Shown here piece by piece: positions 38,476 to 51,703 of a DNA stretch of 64,000 bases (positions are counted from its first letter, which is position 1; each line of letters begins with the position of its first letter). The position numbers were made by a program, and so were the translations under genes. The stretch is from Vermamoeba vermiformis (taxonomy: Eukaryota), in contig JBEWZL010000272.1 in NCBI GenBank assembly GCA_045837725.1, positions 248,001 to 312,000 on the forward strand, read 5' to 3'. The notes below the pieces were generated by a model, which saw nothing but the letters and a program-made list of their open reading frames with translations, did no database searches and was not told where the DNA came from.

Positions 38476-40081
38476 TTATTGGTTATTATTATTATTATAG
38501 AGGAAATCAGTAGCGGCATGATAGCTCTGCAATGCATTTGCTGAATGATTGACGTACTTATATTCTTCTTGGCGTGGGATATCGGGGAAATCAATAGGCT
38601 CTATATGAACGAATAGTATCTCTTGGCTTAAGCCTGCTAGAATATAGGCTTGAATCTAATTATAAGATTGTTTAGCGAACGGCGATCTGGATGTACCGAA
38701 AAATCTAACGATTGTATTAATGATGATGCTCAGCGTACCTTATGGTGTCCATCGATCAAGAAGCAAACATTATCCATTTTAACTGTTAATACAGCTGGTC
38801 GAGCGTCTTGCTTGATCTGTTCTACGTAATAATCGACTCGGCTTTGATTTAATAAATCTGATGGTTGCGTAAAGTAAACTTGCAAGTGATCTGCATAGTT
38901 GTCTATACATCGATTAAAAGTTAAAACAGATCTGGTCAAACAAAAAAGTATAATTGAACCTACTTTCGACTTGATTCAAATCCGTTGAGGAAGTATAGTC
39001 GAATGTGCTTATCATATACTCTTCCCTTTCAACGGTAATTCTATAGGTGCCGCTCTGCATGCACTTCAAGAATGGCGTTAATTTTTCTGCCAGGACGCTT
39101 AGATCCAGAACTGGAGCATTCAAGTACGACTCTACGAAACGAGTAAATAACAAAATTTGTAAAAAAAAGTATCAAAATGCGTACCAACAGTTTGGGTAAT
39201 ATGACTGATTTCTTGTTTTGTCAGAATTTTGGATCGTACTAGACATCTGAAAACCGAACCAGCATTATCGTTAAACGATGCAACAATTGGCTACAAACAG
39301 GTTAAATCGTGTATTACATACGACTATACGTACTTTTCCATTAAGTTTAAGGCCTTGAATATTTCCTGACTCGAGTTCTAACAACCCTTCGCCGTCAACG
39401 ACATCCACTTGTTCGCCATAGCAGTTAGGTCTTCGTTTTAAGTACTTAGAGTATTCCAATCTCTTTAGGGATGCAAAATACGGAGCGGAAGAGTTGGAGT
39501 CTACTTCTGAAGACCAGATTCGATCTGAAGTTAGCTCTTTCAACCAAGATTTCGAAACAGTCGCTACTGAACTCGCTTCTTCGATAGTCAATCGCTTAAA
39601 TATCATATACATAAGAACCTCTTTTGGTATTATCGATAATTTGCCCAAGTCCGATTGAATATCAGATTGACGGATGCGTTGTGACACTTTCAGATCCTGT
39701 GCAATATTATTAAAGCGATCAGAAAAAATATAGAATAATAATATATATAATATATATATTACAGACTATTCCCTATTAATATCTATATTGCCTGTTACTT
39801 ACGTCGGGTAAGAATTGATAGTTTGCCAATGTTTCTAAAACACTTTGGCCCGTTTCGATTTTATATTCCCTAAGCTTTTCAATGCTAGTTCCAGGTAATT
39901 TTTTCTTAAGAAATGCTCGCAAAAGAGTTTCTTTTTCGACCGTCAGAGGATCTCCCTAATAAAGTTAGATTCGTTTAATCTAAATCACCTTTTTGTTATT
40001 ACTTACAAATCGGAGGTCCATGAATTTTGCTGTAATTGCTTCGTTCAGTTCTGACACTATTTCTTTGTACAAAGCCTCCAT
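38476..40081 (-). CDS. F-box protein with C-terminal ParB/sulfiredoxin-like domain
   Basis: F-box: LSIIPKEVLMYMIFKRLTIEEASSVATVSKSWLKELTSDRIW. C-terminus: TQPSDLLNQSRVDYYVEQIKQDARPAVLTV...FLIDGHHK/IQAY. First exon MEALYKE at 40081. Confidence 0.72.
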
Positions 40082-40387
40082 TGTGTTCGAACTTCGATCA
40101 GGACCACAAATTAAAAGATAGAGTCCTGTCCAATTTTTTTCTCTGCACAATAACAAAACAAGCACATATTATATATATTCAGTGGTTAGTAAGACATAAA
40201 GATTATCTCGCAATTATTGGAGGGATACAGATAGCCAAACGTTTTTACTTTAGAGAGGCACTAACATTTTTTAAACATAATCAGCCGAATGTAAGTGCAA
40301 TTTTATTAATTTTAATAGCAGAATTACCACAAATTTCTTTTTTCTAAATTAGATCAATTTCTTTTTTTTATTCGGATGCGTTTCAGC

Positions 40388-41682
40388 TCATTGAATTAAT
40401 ACAGCTACAATACAATATAACAAGATGCTAATTAGATTCGTATCCAATTTTATAGCACTGTTCACCGCAGTTCTTGCGCTAGGAGTTGACTTTACAGGCT
40501 CGCTGTTTGTGATTGGCCCATTCATCGGAACATCTCCGATAGGTACGTGATCAACATTTGGTTCCGAGATTGGAACGAGATTTGTTGGATGTGCTGCCGG
40601 TACGTGAACTGGAGTTGTTATTGGTTCGCTGATAGGCGTTACTGGAGGTACTATAATCTCTACAGGCACCTTTTCAATGCCTTTTATAACAAAATCTGGT
40701 CGCGTAACGAGCGTTGAAATTGCGCTGAATTGAGATCCGTCGTCTATTGTTTTGTAGATCGTCTTATCCAACGCAAATAGTACTGTCGTAGTGTTATCGC
40801 CGTTATCATAGAAAATTTGACTAGAGATAATATTATTGTTCGCATTCTCAGCAATGTTGTAAAGTTTGGTCCAAGATCCAGCCACAAATTTTAACTTGTA
40901 CAAAGTGTACGGGGATTCTTGCGATAAGTACGCGTATTTTTCTCCATTTTGTTCGAAGAATTTGATTGTGTCTGGAAACATGGTAATTTCTGAGCCCCAG
41001 ATCTGATTAATGTTCTGATTCGTTGTATTTACAGGAAGACCGGATCCGACTTGAGCCAAACCAAAGCCATTATCGTTGTAGTTCGTAACTAAGAGATTGC
41101 CTTCGTAAATATACACGTCTTGAATTTTCTGAACAGTGCCCAGCTCTATCCGGTCGTTTTGAGATCCACCAAACGGGATGTAGCTGATTGTGTAATCGCC
41201 AGCAATGTAAATATCGTCGCCGTCCTTGATAGATCGATACCAATATTTACCAGAAGGCATTTTAAACTGCGTAGACGTGTCTAAGTCTCCATTTTGGTTC
41301 AAGACTCCTACGGCGGATGTGAGTTGGTTGATGTCGGTTGTGACGCCATTTGGAATGTAACATGCAAAAGTTACATATTGACCGTCAGTAGACAAACGAG
41401 GTGCGCCTTGATACACATTCGAATTCGTTGAGCACGAGCTTGAAATCTCGATAGTTTGAACGGATGTGCCATCTGGCGTCAGTTCTTCGATAAATGTTGG
41501 GTAAATATCGGTGCTTGCGAGGTCTATACAGCAAAATTAGCACATATAAGCAGTTAAATATTATTCTTACCGTCATAACTTTCGTTTACATACGATATAA
41601 TAAAATTGCCTGGCGTAAACGGTGCTGCATTGATCGAAGCAAAAATTAACGCTACGAAGAAAATATAGGCTATAGGTGACAT
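40388..41682 (-). CDS. Secreted, probably GPI-anchored beta-propeller-like surface protein
   Basis: Signal peptide MSPIAYIFFVALIFASINA; APFTPGNFII...FIEELTPDGTSVQTI...LSTDGQYVTFACY; Pro/Thr stalk; hydrophobic C-terminal tail; one intron. Confidence 0.75.
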
Positions 41683-42211
41683 CTGCGTTGTGTCTATTCA
41701 GTCTGAAAAAAAAGCTATACTGACCGCTCGTACCGTTAGAAAATTTAAATTTCTATTTTTGGAAACTCATACTGTAACGCACAAGACAGTTTAAACTTTA
41801 AAGCCGACAAAAAGGTATATAAACAAGACCTCAAACTTTCAGTACTATAGGTTGCTATTTTACTTGAAGCCGAAACAGATTTTGGTACCTAATCGGATGT
41901 GGTTACGTTTGGTGGTTACATGCGCTTACATTTTGGACCAATGTGACCTTGTTGAGCTCAACGAGTGCTAGTACGACTTCATTTACGATTACGGCCTCAT
42001 CTATGATGAGTAGATCAATGACCAGTACGGATTGTTTCCTGGTAATGTTTCTACGAATTTTGTTGCCAAGTGCTCTTCATCTGGATTGAACAAAAACTTC
42101 TTAGCGTGTTGAACTAGCGCATCTAATTCCCCTAAAAATCAAATTTACCTCGTTAGTTGATCGAAAACTAAAGATCTCATAAACCGCTCGATCTGACGAA
42201 ATTTAAAATTC

Positions 42212-44316
42212 TTATAACTTACCAGAAAAAGGTCTATATATATGGGTAGGTATCTTATCTCGTTCCTCACGTCTATTCAATACTTTATCAACTCTTCCAA
42301 CGGCAATCGGTCGATGATTTTCCGCTAATAATACTTTGCCATCGTAATTCTTTTGAAATTCCGAAGCTTTGAACGGTTGTATGCATATTCGAGCATAAGG
42401 CCACATTATTCCGCTAAAAACTTTCAATTGTTTTGCGTCTTTTTTGTTTTGGTACTTTTTTTGCGGGAAGATCCAGATCAGTCTGCATTGAAATTTTAAC
42501 CCGGCGTAATATAGCTTATATGACCTCATCTCATTTAACATTGAGCTATCTAATACCACGAATTTGCATCGAAATGCAATGGTGTACGGTAGGTGCTTGA
42601 AATTATCGTGGATTATGGTCTCTTTGTTCGGATTGAATTTTTTTCTGAAGTGCCAATCACCGATGTCCTTTAATGTCAAGCCTATATAATCGCCTGCGAT
42701 AAGAAAATGATTAAAGCGGGATCCAAGGAAAAGAAAAAATTCTGGAACCACCCAACAACAATTACGAGCATTGTCTCGAATCAATTCATAGGTATTATTA
42801 ATAATGAAATATTAATAATGAAAAATTTGCTAGTTTGATAAAATTGATAAAATTGATAAAAAAAGATCGTACCTGCAACAGCGTGGTCCGTACTATTGTG
42901 CAGTATTTCGATTCTCTCAACAGTTGAATGTAGCGTATGGTGACTAAGAAATACTTTATCGTTGACTCGAACGTTGCCCGCTGTTACGATAAAAAAAATA
43001 AAAGTCAGCAGATCCGGATCTGAATTTTTTTTCGTTCGTAATTCAAAATATGCAAAAATCGTGAGTATAACGCATATGTTCTTATTAAATACCGATAGTG
43101 GTAATAAAGCACTTACACATGACTCGTCCGATATAAACGAATGAAGTATTTGCGACAGCTGGCCGTAATTTGTCGTAAAGATGAATCTGCAATTTTTCTT
43201 TTCTTAATTTTTCCACGAAATTCTCATCGTAATTTGTTCGATTTTGACTGGCACGCAACAACGTTAACAAACTATCGCCGTTGAACCAACCAAACTTTGC
43301 ACTTGTTCGCGTCAAGTTCGTGCCACGAATTGCATCCACGGGAATAATCTCGAAACAAGGTCCAATTGCCTTATTTAGTATTTCCGATAAGTAATTCCGC
43401 TTCTCGTAGAAAACTGAAAAAAATTCAAACCGTTAGATCCGGACCCAAAAAAATCGATATGAAGATACCGCTTAATTTCCAAATATGGTAAAAATGGTTA
43501 AAGCCGACGGCTATTACCTTTTTCAGCAGTTTTTGAAGTCGAATCTAAATTAATAGCAATAATAACGTCTCTTGAACTCATCATGTGACAGATCCCAACG
43601 ATTTTGTTAACATCGATGTTATCTTCAAACTTTTCATATGCACCATATACTAATACACATAAATCGGCCTATAATAAAGTCAATATCAATTTTAATGTGC
43701 CACATCCGCAACTTACCTGAAACGCGCGAACGAGGTACTCATGATGCCCTTCAAATAGGGTTATGGTCTGTGGTTTATTGCGCATTGAAAGCGTTGTATT
43801 TTTTATAATTAATTTTCTTTGGTATTTAGGCAATATTCGAGTCGGTTCTTCAGGTGGAGTTAACGCCATCCGAAACAAATTTTTCATGCACGAAGTAACG
43901 CCTACAAAAAATCAAAAATTAATAAAATAATTAATATAAATTAAGCAGTATTTAATTGAATTGACTTACCAGCCAGCGGACCTAATCCGCAAAAAAGTGC
44001 GTTCAAATGATCATCTACAAGCCGAATCTTTCGTTTATGTTCGAGAAGGTACTGGCAAACGTCTCGAAGTGATTTATTGGCTCGTGCAGCATATGCTAGT
44101 GATGTTCGTGATAAGTTGTAACAAATTGCGAACAAGATCTACGAAGGTCTTTAGAAAACAAAAATAAAATTTAAATTCAATAAATTCCAACGTGATAAAA
44201 AATGCAATATAATTGTTAAAAATAGTGTAGAAATAAATAATTAAGACCAGAATAATTTATAGCTCAATTTAACGTACGTCTGATGGCAAATCTGACAACA
44301 GCAACGTAGATTCCAT
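42212..44316 (-). CDS. F-box protein fused to a degenerate eEF1A/HBS1/eRF3-like translational GTPase
   Basis: F-box: LSDLPSD/ILFAICYNLSRTSLAYAARANKSLRDVC. eEF1A-collinear segments: HLNALFCGLGPLAGVTS, TITLFEGHHEYL, ADLCVLV...EKFE, VIIAINLD, IIPVDAIRGTNL...WFNGDSLL, AGDYIGLTLKDI, ICIQPF...GKVLLAENHRPIAVGRVDKV. Confidence 0.75.
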
Positions 44317-44584
44317 ATCAAGTCCTTTATTAATATGCCTTTCCTTAATGTTCAAGATTTACGCTAATAGTTGTGGTATTTGGTCTTGCGTATTGTTTAG
44401 AACAAACACATTTCACCCGCCAAATTTCCTTTGCCCGAAGGCTTAACGAAAGTTCATTAATGGATGGGATAGGCTCGTTATTAGTCCATGTTGTTATGCT
44501 TATTTTTAAATACTATAGCCGTTTCTTTACAATAATTTTTCTTTATTTTTACGTAGTGCAGCTATTTTTGGCCTCCTCCTTTTA

Positions 44585-46603
44585 TTACTGCAACGAATTC
44601 TCTTGGCCTTGAAATACTTGTTGTTTATAATATTGCGGCAATTCTTGCAATTCTTCTAGCGGTATCTCTTGAAAACTATTGTCTTTAATTTGTCCTTCAG
44701 ATCCGATCTCCGCACCCACGATCGGTGATTGGATAGCCAAATTTTGTAACTGTGACTCAATATGTGTAATGTGTTGATTGGCGTGCAGTGCGTGGTCGTG
44801 TGACTCGGTCCGTGTCGGAATTCGGTGGATTAAGCCGTAGCCCACATCACAGCCCAGCCTAGTAAAAAAACATTGATTAATTAAGAATATAGCACTTAAG
44901 AATGATCGATAATAAATAAATAAATATTATTATTTACGAATTTTTCAAATTTCTTTGTAATTAGCTAAAGGTGCGTTGGATCTGGTTCTAACAAACTAAA
45001 TTTCAAAACTCGACTTAATAATTCATAATTAAATTAGCTATCAGTAGTATATAACAATAAGATACTATTATTATATGACTCTTAAAGTTCCCTATTACTT
45101 ACACTCCATTTCCGCCCCAGTTCTCGCTGGGCACTAAGGTGACGAGTCTGACTGAGTCGGTCAACGAGGAATATATGTACAGTTGCAGTGGCTTGTCGAG
45201 GTGACTCTATTGGATAGTAATAATAAGGACATATTAGTATAGATTTTCACCCGATTTAAACAAATTTAAATTTGCAAAAATGAAGAAAAACGGATCTGCA
45301 TCCGGATCTTGTTAAATTTTGTTTTGAAGCAATAATTCGATTATATAACATTAATATTATATATATTATTTGTTATTGACGAGGCTAACGTACCTTGAGT
45401 AAGTTATGAAAATCAGTTTCGCTGTTGAACACGACTTCAGGACTGCCCACAATGTAATCAGTATGGGCCTCTAGTCCTGCCTGTGCTGCTGGTGACCCTT
45501 CTGGCACTTCCTAAACAGGAAATATTGCCATCGATCAGCAAACGGAACTTTGTGGCACGTGCGCACGCGACATTTCAACGACTTACCAGTACGTGCCACA
45601 CATTCTCCATGACTTTGCTGTAATCGCAGAACCTCACGCTGATGCCTATAAAAGGAAATAGTAAGAAATATTTGCAAAGTATACGTTTGAAGCTCGGTTA
45701 TTGAACCGGAGTTGGATGTACTTACCACCCAGTCCAAGACCACCCCACGAATCACTAGGCGTTAGTTGAGTATCTAATATATAATGATATATTAATTTAA
45801 TACTAAATATATATTTATAATGCTGCAAATAAAATTTTTTTAAGTGTTACGTACCTCGTATTGACTCGGTCTTAGAGTTGTATACTTTAAGTTCTATTGG
45901 CTTGCCTAAATTCGATTGTAATATCGTGGCAAATCTATTGTCTTCTTTATCCTATATTTTAATACCATTAACTCATTTGTCTTCAGTAAAGTAAGATCCA
46001 ACAACAGATTTGCCTCGTGCACATCCAAAATTTTCGTTTATATCGCGATTTGCATGAAACTTACTAATGGAGTTCCATTCGCTGATAATATAAAATCGAA
46101 AAATGGAGTGAGTCCTGCTTGTTCTCCTGGTGAGTTTGGCGAGACCTTGCGAAAAAACAATTAGATCGAGCTCTAACTCGCGCAAAAACATTTTAATTTA
46201 TTATAATAAAGAAATGTTTTGTATTTGCTAGGATTATGAATATGTTATACGGTCAGTTGTATTATTGCAAAATAATTGAAGGAAATTTAGAGTTTGTGTT
46301 CTGCGGATGTAGTCATACAAATTAATTTCAGCGCAAAAATACCATTACTAATAAATATAAATCCTGTAATTACGGTGATGGAATTTTGGCTCGTTCAAAA
46401 AAACAGAAAATTTTCAAAAATTGATAAAAGTGAATCTAACGCATTCTTACAGCGTACTTTATTCGTGTAAATAATAAAAATAATAAATTTATTTTTTTGC
46501 ATTATTGTCGAGTTCATGAACTGAATCCCTACTTGCGGGAATATAAGATCTGACTTACTTGGAGTACGTGATATCCAAGTTGCGCTGAATCTGTATTTCC
46601 CAT
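44585..46603 (-). CDS. GORASP: Golgi reassembly-stacking protein (GRASP55/65, GrpA)
   Basis: Spliced: [39 protein letters not shown]...LKVYNSK...WGGLGLGGISVRFC...[27 protein letters not shown]...WGGNGVLGCDVGYGLIHRIP. Two PDZ-like GRASP repeats and Gly2 for myristoylation. Confidence 0.95.
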
Positions 46604-47017
46604 ATTATAATAATCTAACTGTGCTGCTTATAAGGTGTTCTGCAGATCACGAATGAAAAGATTACGTCATCCACAAAATTGTATTTTATTTCTCCCACTC
46701 AATAGTGCACATAGGTTAAATAGTAATTTAGCGATTTAGTGCATACATCAAGATATTCAGCCAAATAACACCTATTGAAGAATGTTAGTTTGCGTTGTGC
46801 AGAATCTGCGTGGCTTGCGTGGATTTGCTATGCTAAGTATCGAATGAGAATATTCTATTATTTATTTTAATACTACTCACTAATTTTCGCTCGTAGAATT
46901 GTTATTTACTATTTACCGTTTCCAAGATTTGGATTAGCACCAATTTTTAGTCTTAAAATCTGGACTTTATTCATACAAGAGCTACAAATAATATTTTAAG
47001 ACAAAAATTAGACTAAT

Positions 47018-47875
47018 TTAAGGCCACGGGCATTCATCAGCGATGTGGCAGTTCTTCTTGAGCGGATATACATACTGCGGCAACGTGAAGTAATCGACGT
47101 AGGTTGCATTGTTCAAGTAGACAGCAGAGCAGTAGTCTCCAATCACAGTGTGATTGCCAAGGAAGGTTTCGACGTCAAAGTAGACGGGATCGGGTACGCC
47201 GGTCTTGATCTTCGTGGCTCTGAAGTGACCACCAACGGCACCCTTGAAGCGTTTGTTGGAGGTAGGATATCCAGCGACGTCCTTGGGAATCTCGCGGACT
47301 GTCTGGACGCCCAACACGACCACGCTGTTGGTGCAAGGCTTGACGAAAACAGTGGCAGGTTGAGGCAAGTAACACGAAGTAATGTCCGTGCTAACTCCTG
47401 CACCGTAGACGTCGACCAGACCGTACTGGTCATCCTTCATCGCGCCCATCTTGAACAAGAAGCTGTAGCCCCTGACTTGATCTGCGTAACCACCGTGGAT
47501 CACGTTGACATTGTCAGTGCCTACTTCCTTGATATACGTCACATTGGGCGTAATCAAGTAGTCGCCGGTGCCGAGCATCCAGCGTTGATGTTGCGTGGTC
47601 GCGTCGAAGGCCCAGTGCTGCGGAAATTTCACCGGAGGCACGTTAGGGTACGCGTAGAAGTAGTCACCTTCGCCGATGAAGGTGAAAGTAGCATTGAAGA
47701 CGAAAGGAGTGTTGAGAGGAATTCCATCACTGCATAGCTTGTCTGCATCGTAGTTGAAGAACTCCGAGCTGACATTGTAGCTATCAGGAATACCAGGGAA
47801 AGATCCGCGGACGAAGTCGATCTGGCAAGCAGAGAAGAGCAAGAGAACGGTGAGAGTGTAGAAGTACTTGGACAT
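47018..47875 (-). CDS. Intronless secreted protein, possibly ependymin-related/LolA-like fold
   Basis: Signal peptide MSKYFYTLTVLLLFSAC; N-glycosylation sequons; HWAFDATTQHQRW and TGVPDPVYFDV resemble ependymin-type motifs; strong C/G-ending codon bias. Confidence 0.6.
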   Translation of the reverse strand: MSKYFYTLTVLLLFSACQIDFVRGSFPGIPDSYNVSSEFFNYDADKLCSDGIPLNTPFVFNATFTFIGEGDYFYAYPNVPPVKFPQHWAFDATTQHQRWMLGTGDYLITPNVTYIKEVGTDNVNVIHGGYADQVRGYSFLFKMGAMKDDQYGLVDVYGAGVSTDITSCYLPQPATVFVKPCTNSVVVLGVQTVREIPKDVAGYPTSNKRFKGAVGGHFRATKIKTGVPDPVYFDVETFLGNHTVIGDYCSAVYLNNATYVDYFTLPQYVYPLKKNCHIADECPWP

Positions 47876-48810
47876 TATGAGTATATTAATATGCAAGTAG
47901 AGTTTGGTAGTCAGGTATGTTGCTTTACTAACTAAATTTGTTGGATGAATGAAATAGCGAAAAGCTGACCTTTTTATTATTTTTTCAGCTATTCTTTCGG
48001 AATATGGTACCACGTGAGCTACAAACACGCTATTGGTTGTTTCTATTCTGGGTAGGATTGAGAATGTGAGCCATAGTCAAGTTGCGGCGGATGCACAAAG
48101 AAATGCGGTCCCCGTGCTGAAATTCTGAATCGGCGGAGTTTGTAACCCAAGAATGATTCAAGATAATGCCTACGAATATCCAAGGTTATAATATCAAGCG
48201 GGGCCTATCCGTAAGTTTAGTATTTCTCGATTTAAAAATTTCGAAACCTGCAACAAAATTCATTTTCTACGGATAAATATTTGGGCAAATGAGATCGATA
48301 TTAAATTCTATTTTAAGGTATTTATTCCAGTCTAAGGATTTAAATAACAAGCCATAATCCTTATCGATGAATTTTACGATTCAGATCGAAAATGAATCAC
48401 TAATTCTTATCGAAGCGTGAATTTGCTTAAAGGCTATTATACTAACCCTAAGAATATAGAAAGCGAGCCTAACACGGCTAGGAAATGCGACAAAGAATGA
48501 AACCGTCCGCCGGAATAATAATACTTATCAACACGCCCCGAAAAATGACACGGCGTGACAATTCTTTTCTTTGTGGTTCCAGCGCGTAATTATTACCGAG
48601 ATATAGTAAGGATACGATATATTAACTTAGTTCTAAGTAGGTTTATCGTTGCGGCCTAAAGCTAAATATAGGTATGGTTTCAATATTTTGGGATCGACAT
48701 CCAGAACACGCAATCGACGGGATATCAATTCTGCATTACTTAATTTCTATTTATAATCACTATTTACAATTCTTTGTTATTCAATATCTTATAATATTAC
48801 AACTAATTTG

Positions 48811-50904
48811 TTAAACTTCAGACAAGGCTTGACCGCTTCTCGGACTAGCAATAGTGCCAGAATCGGTACCTGATTTCTTACCGGTCGTAGAACTTTGGCT
48901 ACCTTTAATAGCACGCGGGTTGAAGACGAGAATTTGACACATTGACACGCCGACGAAGGACAGCTCGCCCATAAAGTTGATTGCGAGCCAGCCAGGGACA
49001 CTGCCAGAGACTTCAGGGAACAAAAATATGACCACAGATACGACGCAGATCCAAAAACAAATGACGCTGCCTATGATGAGCCACGTTGTCTAAATAAGGA
49101 AAGTAAGTAAAGGACTGAAATTTCTCACATTTTGGTGACCGCTCTTTGACTCGAAAAATATAGCATATTATAGTTCCTGAGGCCTGCTTACTAATTTTAG
49201 ACTCTTAGTTCGTTTGTTGACGGCTTGGCTGTTTTTCATACGTCGTAAAAGCACGATGGACACGATCATGTAGAAGATGGACATGGCCAGAATTACAATG
49301 CAATAGACTACTGCTGTAATCTCGAAGGTGACACCGGCGCCAGCTATAAAAGGAAATTAACTTAAGTAAGTTTGGTCATAAGCTAAGCTAGAAATATCTT
49401 CGCTAACTTACCAACTTCAGTGGATCTGAGAATACCACACGTGATCTCAAGAGCACCGAGAACGACACTAAAGATGATAAATGGCTTCTTCATATTCTTA
49501 AGACCAGGATATACAGTCAACGAAGCGCTAGTCATCGCTTCAACCCTACGAGAATGGGCGATCAGATCCGGATTCTAAGAAGGTCTGAAACTTACCAATA
49601 GAGACTCATCAACAATGAAGCTACAATAGTGAAAGGAAATGATATCGTAAACATGATATTATCCGCGTAGTAAGTAATAAGATGACGTATTCCAAGCGGA
49701 TCGACGGTCATGTACACGAGTCGAACTGCAAAAAAAAGTTAGAAATTGAATTAATATTGCGTCATATTAATTAATGTTGTTCGTAGTATAGGGTGCATAT
49801 ATATTATGAAGGGTATAGAACTTACTCAAGTTGGCAACCAGATGCAGCGTCAAACAGGTCTGTGGAATGCCTTCTAATGTAGCCTTGCCTCGTGCTTTTG
49901 AAAATAATACTATTTTATAAATAGCAAAGCCCACGCAGAAGGCAGCGCCGAGTCCAACGACAACAGAAAAGGCCACATCAATGTCTGTAGAGCAGATTCG
50001 AATGTGAGTTAGAAATTTTATTCCTAAAATTAATTATATAGGTGTAAATATACTTACGCTGATCATAAATAACGAGCCAATAATTTCCTATTATGGAATA
50101 TTTTAGTACAAATCAAAAGGAAATTTCTGAAACCGAAAATCAACTATAATTTAGATCTGAGCCTGTGTTACCTGTAGATTCGATCGAAACAAGTACATAT
50201 GGCTGATCAGCTGTATATATTGTTGACAGCATTTCAGTGGGCACCGATCCGATTTCAAAAGCCGGGATGTGGATTCCTTGTCCTTTTGAACCGTCTGTTT
50301 CTAGAAAACTACGGCCAGGGTGCACTACGCAATATAGTAATTAATTATGCCATATATTTAAAAAATATACCGCAATTTTAATTAAACTTGTTAATTAAAC
50401 AAGAGGTGACACGCAGATGTCAAACGCCGCGGATGTCAGAATTGAGTTTTTTAATTTCGAAATTTAATTCTAGACTTACGAATGCTATCTTGTGCTAATA
50501 TAACCACTAGCGCGCCTTTTTGTTGCAATTTTCTGATGGTGGGCTCGATCGGGTTGACTGTTGGGGTTACAACGACTAGTCCCGTTATATTTACATTGTC
50601 GGTCACTTCTGGGATATATACAGATGTGTAATTAACAATAGGCTCGGCTAAAGACCCTGTATCTAAAATAATAAAAACATTAGTGTGGGAAATGATTTGG
50701 ATCTTACGCGTTTTCAATTTTAATTAATCTGACAAGTTTAATATACTAGTACTTACATTCAATAAGTAACTGCGCGACTTCAAAAGTCAATTCGCCGTCG
50801 CTTGTATAGAAAGTTATGTCGGAGTACGCTCCGTTGACTGTAAGCAGCAGTATCAAAATGAGGCTTAATCGCCTATAAGTTAGACTAATTAGAGCCTCGT
50901 ACAT
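48811..50904 (-). CDS. Seven-TM receptor-like protein with extracellular PA-like domain
   Basis: Signal peptide; PA-like IRKLQQKGALVVILA...IPAFEI; about seven hydrophobic segments across exons (e.g. IRLVYMTVDPLG, SFPFTIVASLLMSLYW); Ser/Thr-rich tail. Confidence 0.7.
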
Positions 50905-51703
50905 GCTGCTGTGGTATTTGATACTGAAGAAATAAGTTCTAATTATTTGTTATTTTCGCGCACGAAATCTTTGGAACCATTGCGAGGCTTTTTCATGCCA
51001 TAGCAATAATTTCGTCCAAGTATAGAAGTCTATATGCATCTTCGGCGATTATACTATGAGTTATAATGGCAAAAATGTTATAATACGGCCTTTCAATCAT
51101 AACATTTCAAGGTCATGACATTTACAGAGATTATTGTTCGTCCCAATCTCTTCAAATTACAAAAAATCTTAATTAAATACATTTGAAGTAGTAATTATCA
51201 TGTCTACGACTGTATATATCGATTTCAGGCCGTACTTATGGCGACATCCGGAAATTGACTCGGTTTTAAAACAGCTCTAAAAATATTTGAGTACGCAATT
51301 ATGACCTTGGAATGCAAGTATAATAAACTCTACATATTCAGTCCGGTTCATTTTATCCATCGCCGCGTTCAATCATTTAAAATGATTGCAACGCTCGTAA
51401 ACTGACTCACAATGTTACGGAAACAAAATCACATGTCAGTCCCGTCGTTCCTAAACTTTGTTAGCGGATAGTTCGCATTACAAATGCACTGGGTACCAAT
51501 CATCAACTACTTCCGCGGAAAGTAAGCCGATGATTGAAGAGGATCCGCACCGCGATCTGTAATCCTCTGTAATGACAATTATCTATCATAACGCCGTACT
51601 TATGTACTAGCTAGACTTGGCTAGTTGAGCAAAAAGCTTTGGCACTGCTAGTAAATCCGGATTTGCTTTTCAAATTGAACATTGTTTTGTAACTCTAATT
51701 TTC

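Noticed and set aside
42834-42862. TTGATAAAA x3 tandem repeat
   Set aside because: Short AT-rich intronic slippage repeat with no sign of function.
47045-47737. 230-aa ORF on the + strand
   Set aside because: Antisense shadow of the codon-biased minus-strand gene; no recognisable protein features.
51000-51700. Intergenic stretch with a 12-bp direct repeat (GCCGTACTTATG at ~51230 and ~51594) and ATGA/CTGA box-like words, considered as snoRNA or CRISPR-like
   Set aside because: Only two copies about 360 bp apart, no regular spacers and no convincing C/D box pair with a terminal stem.
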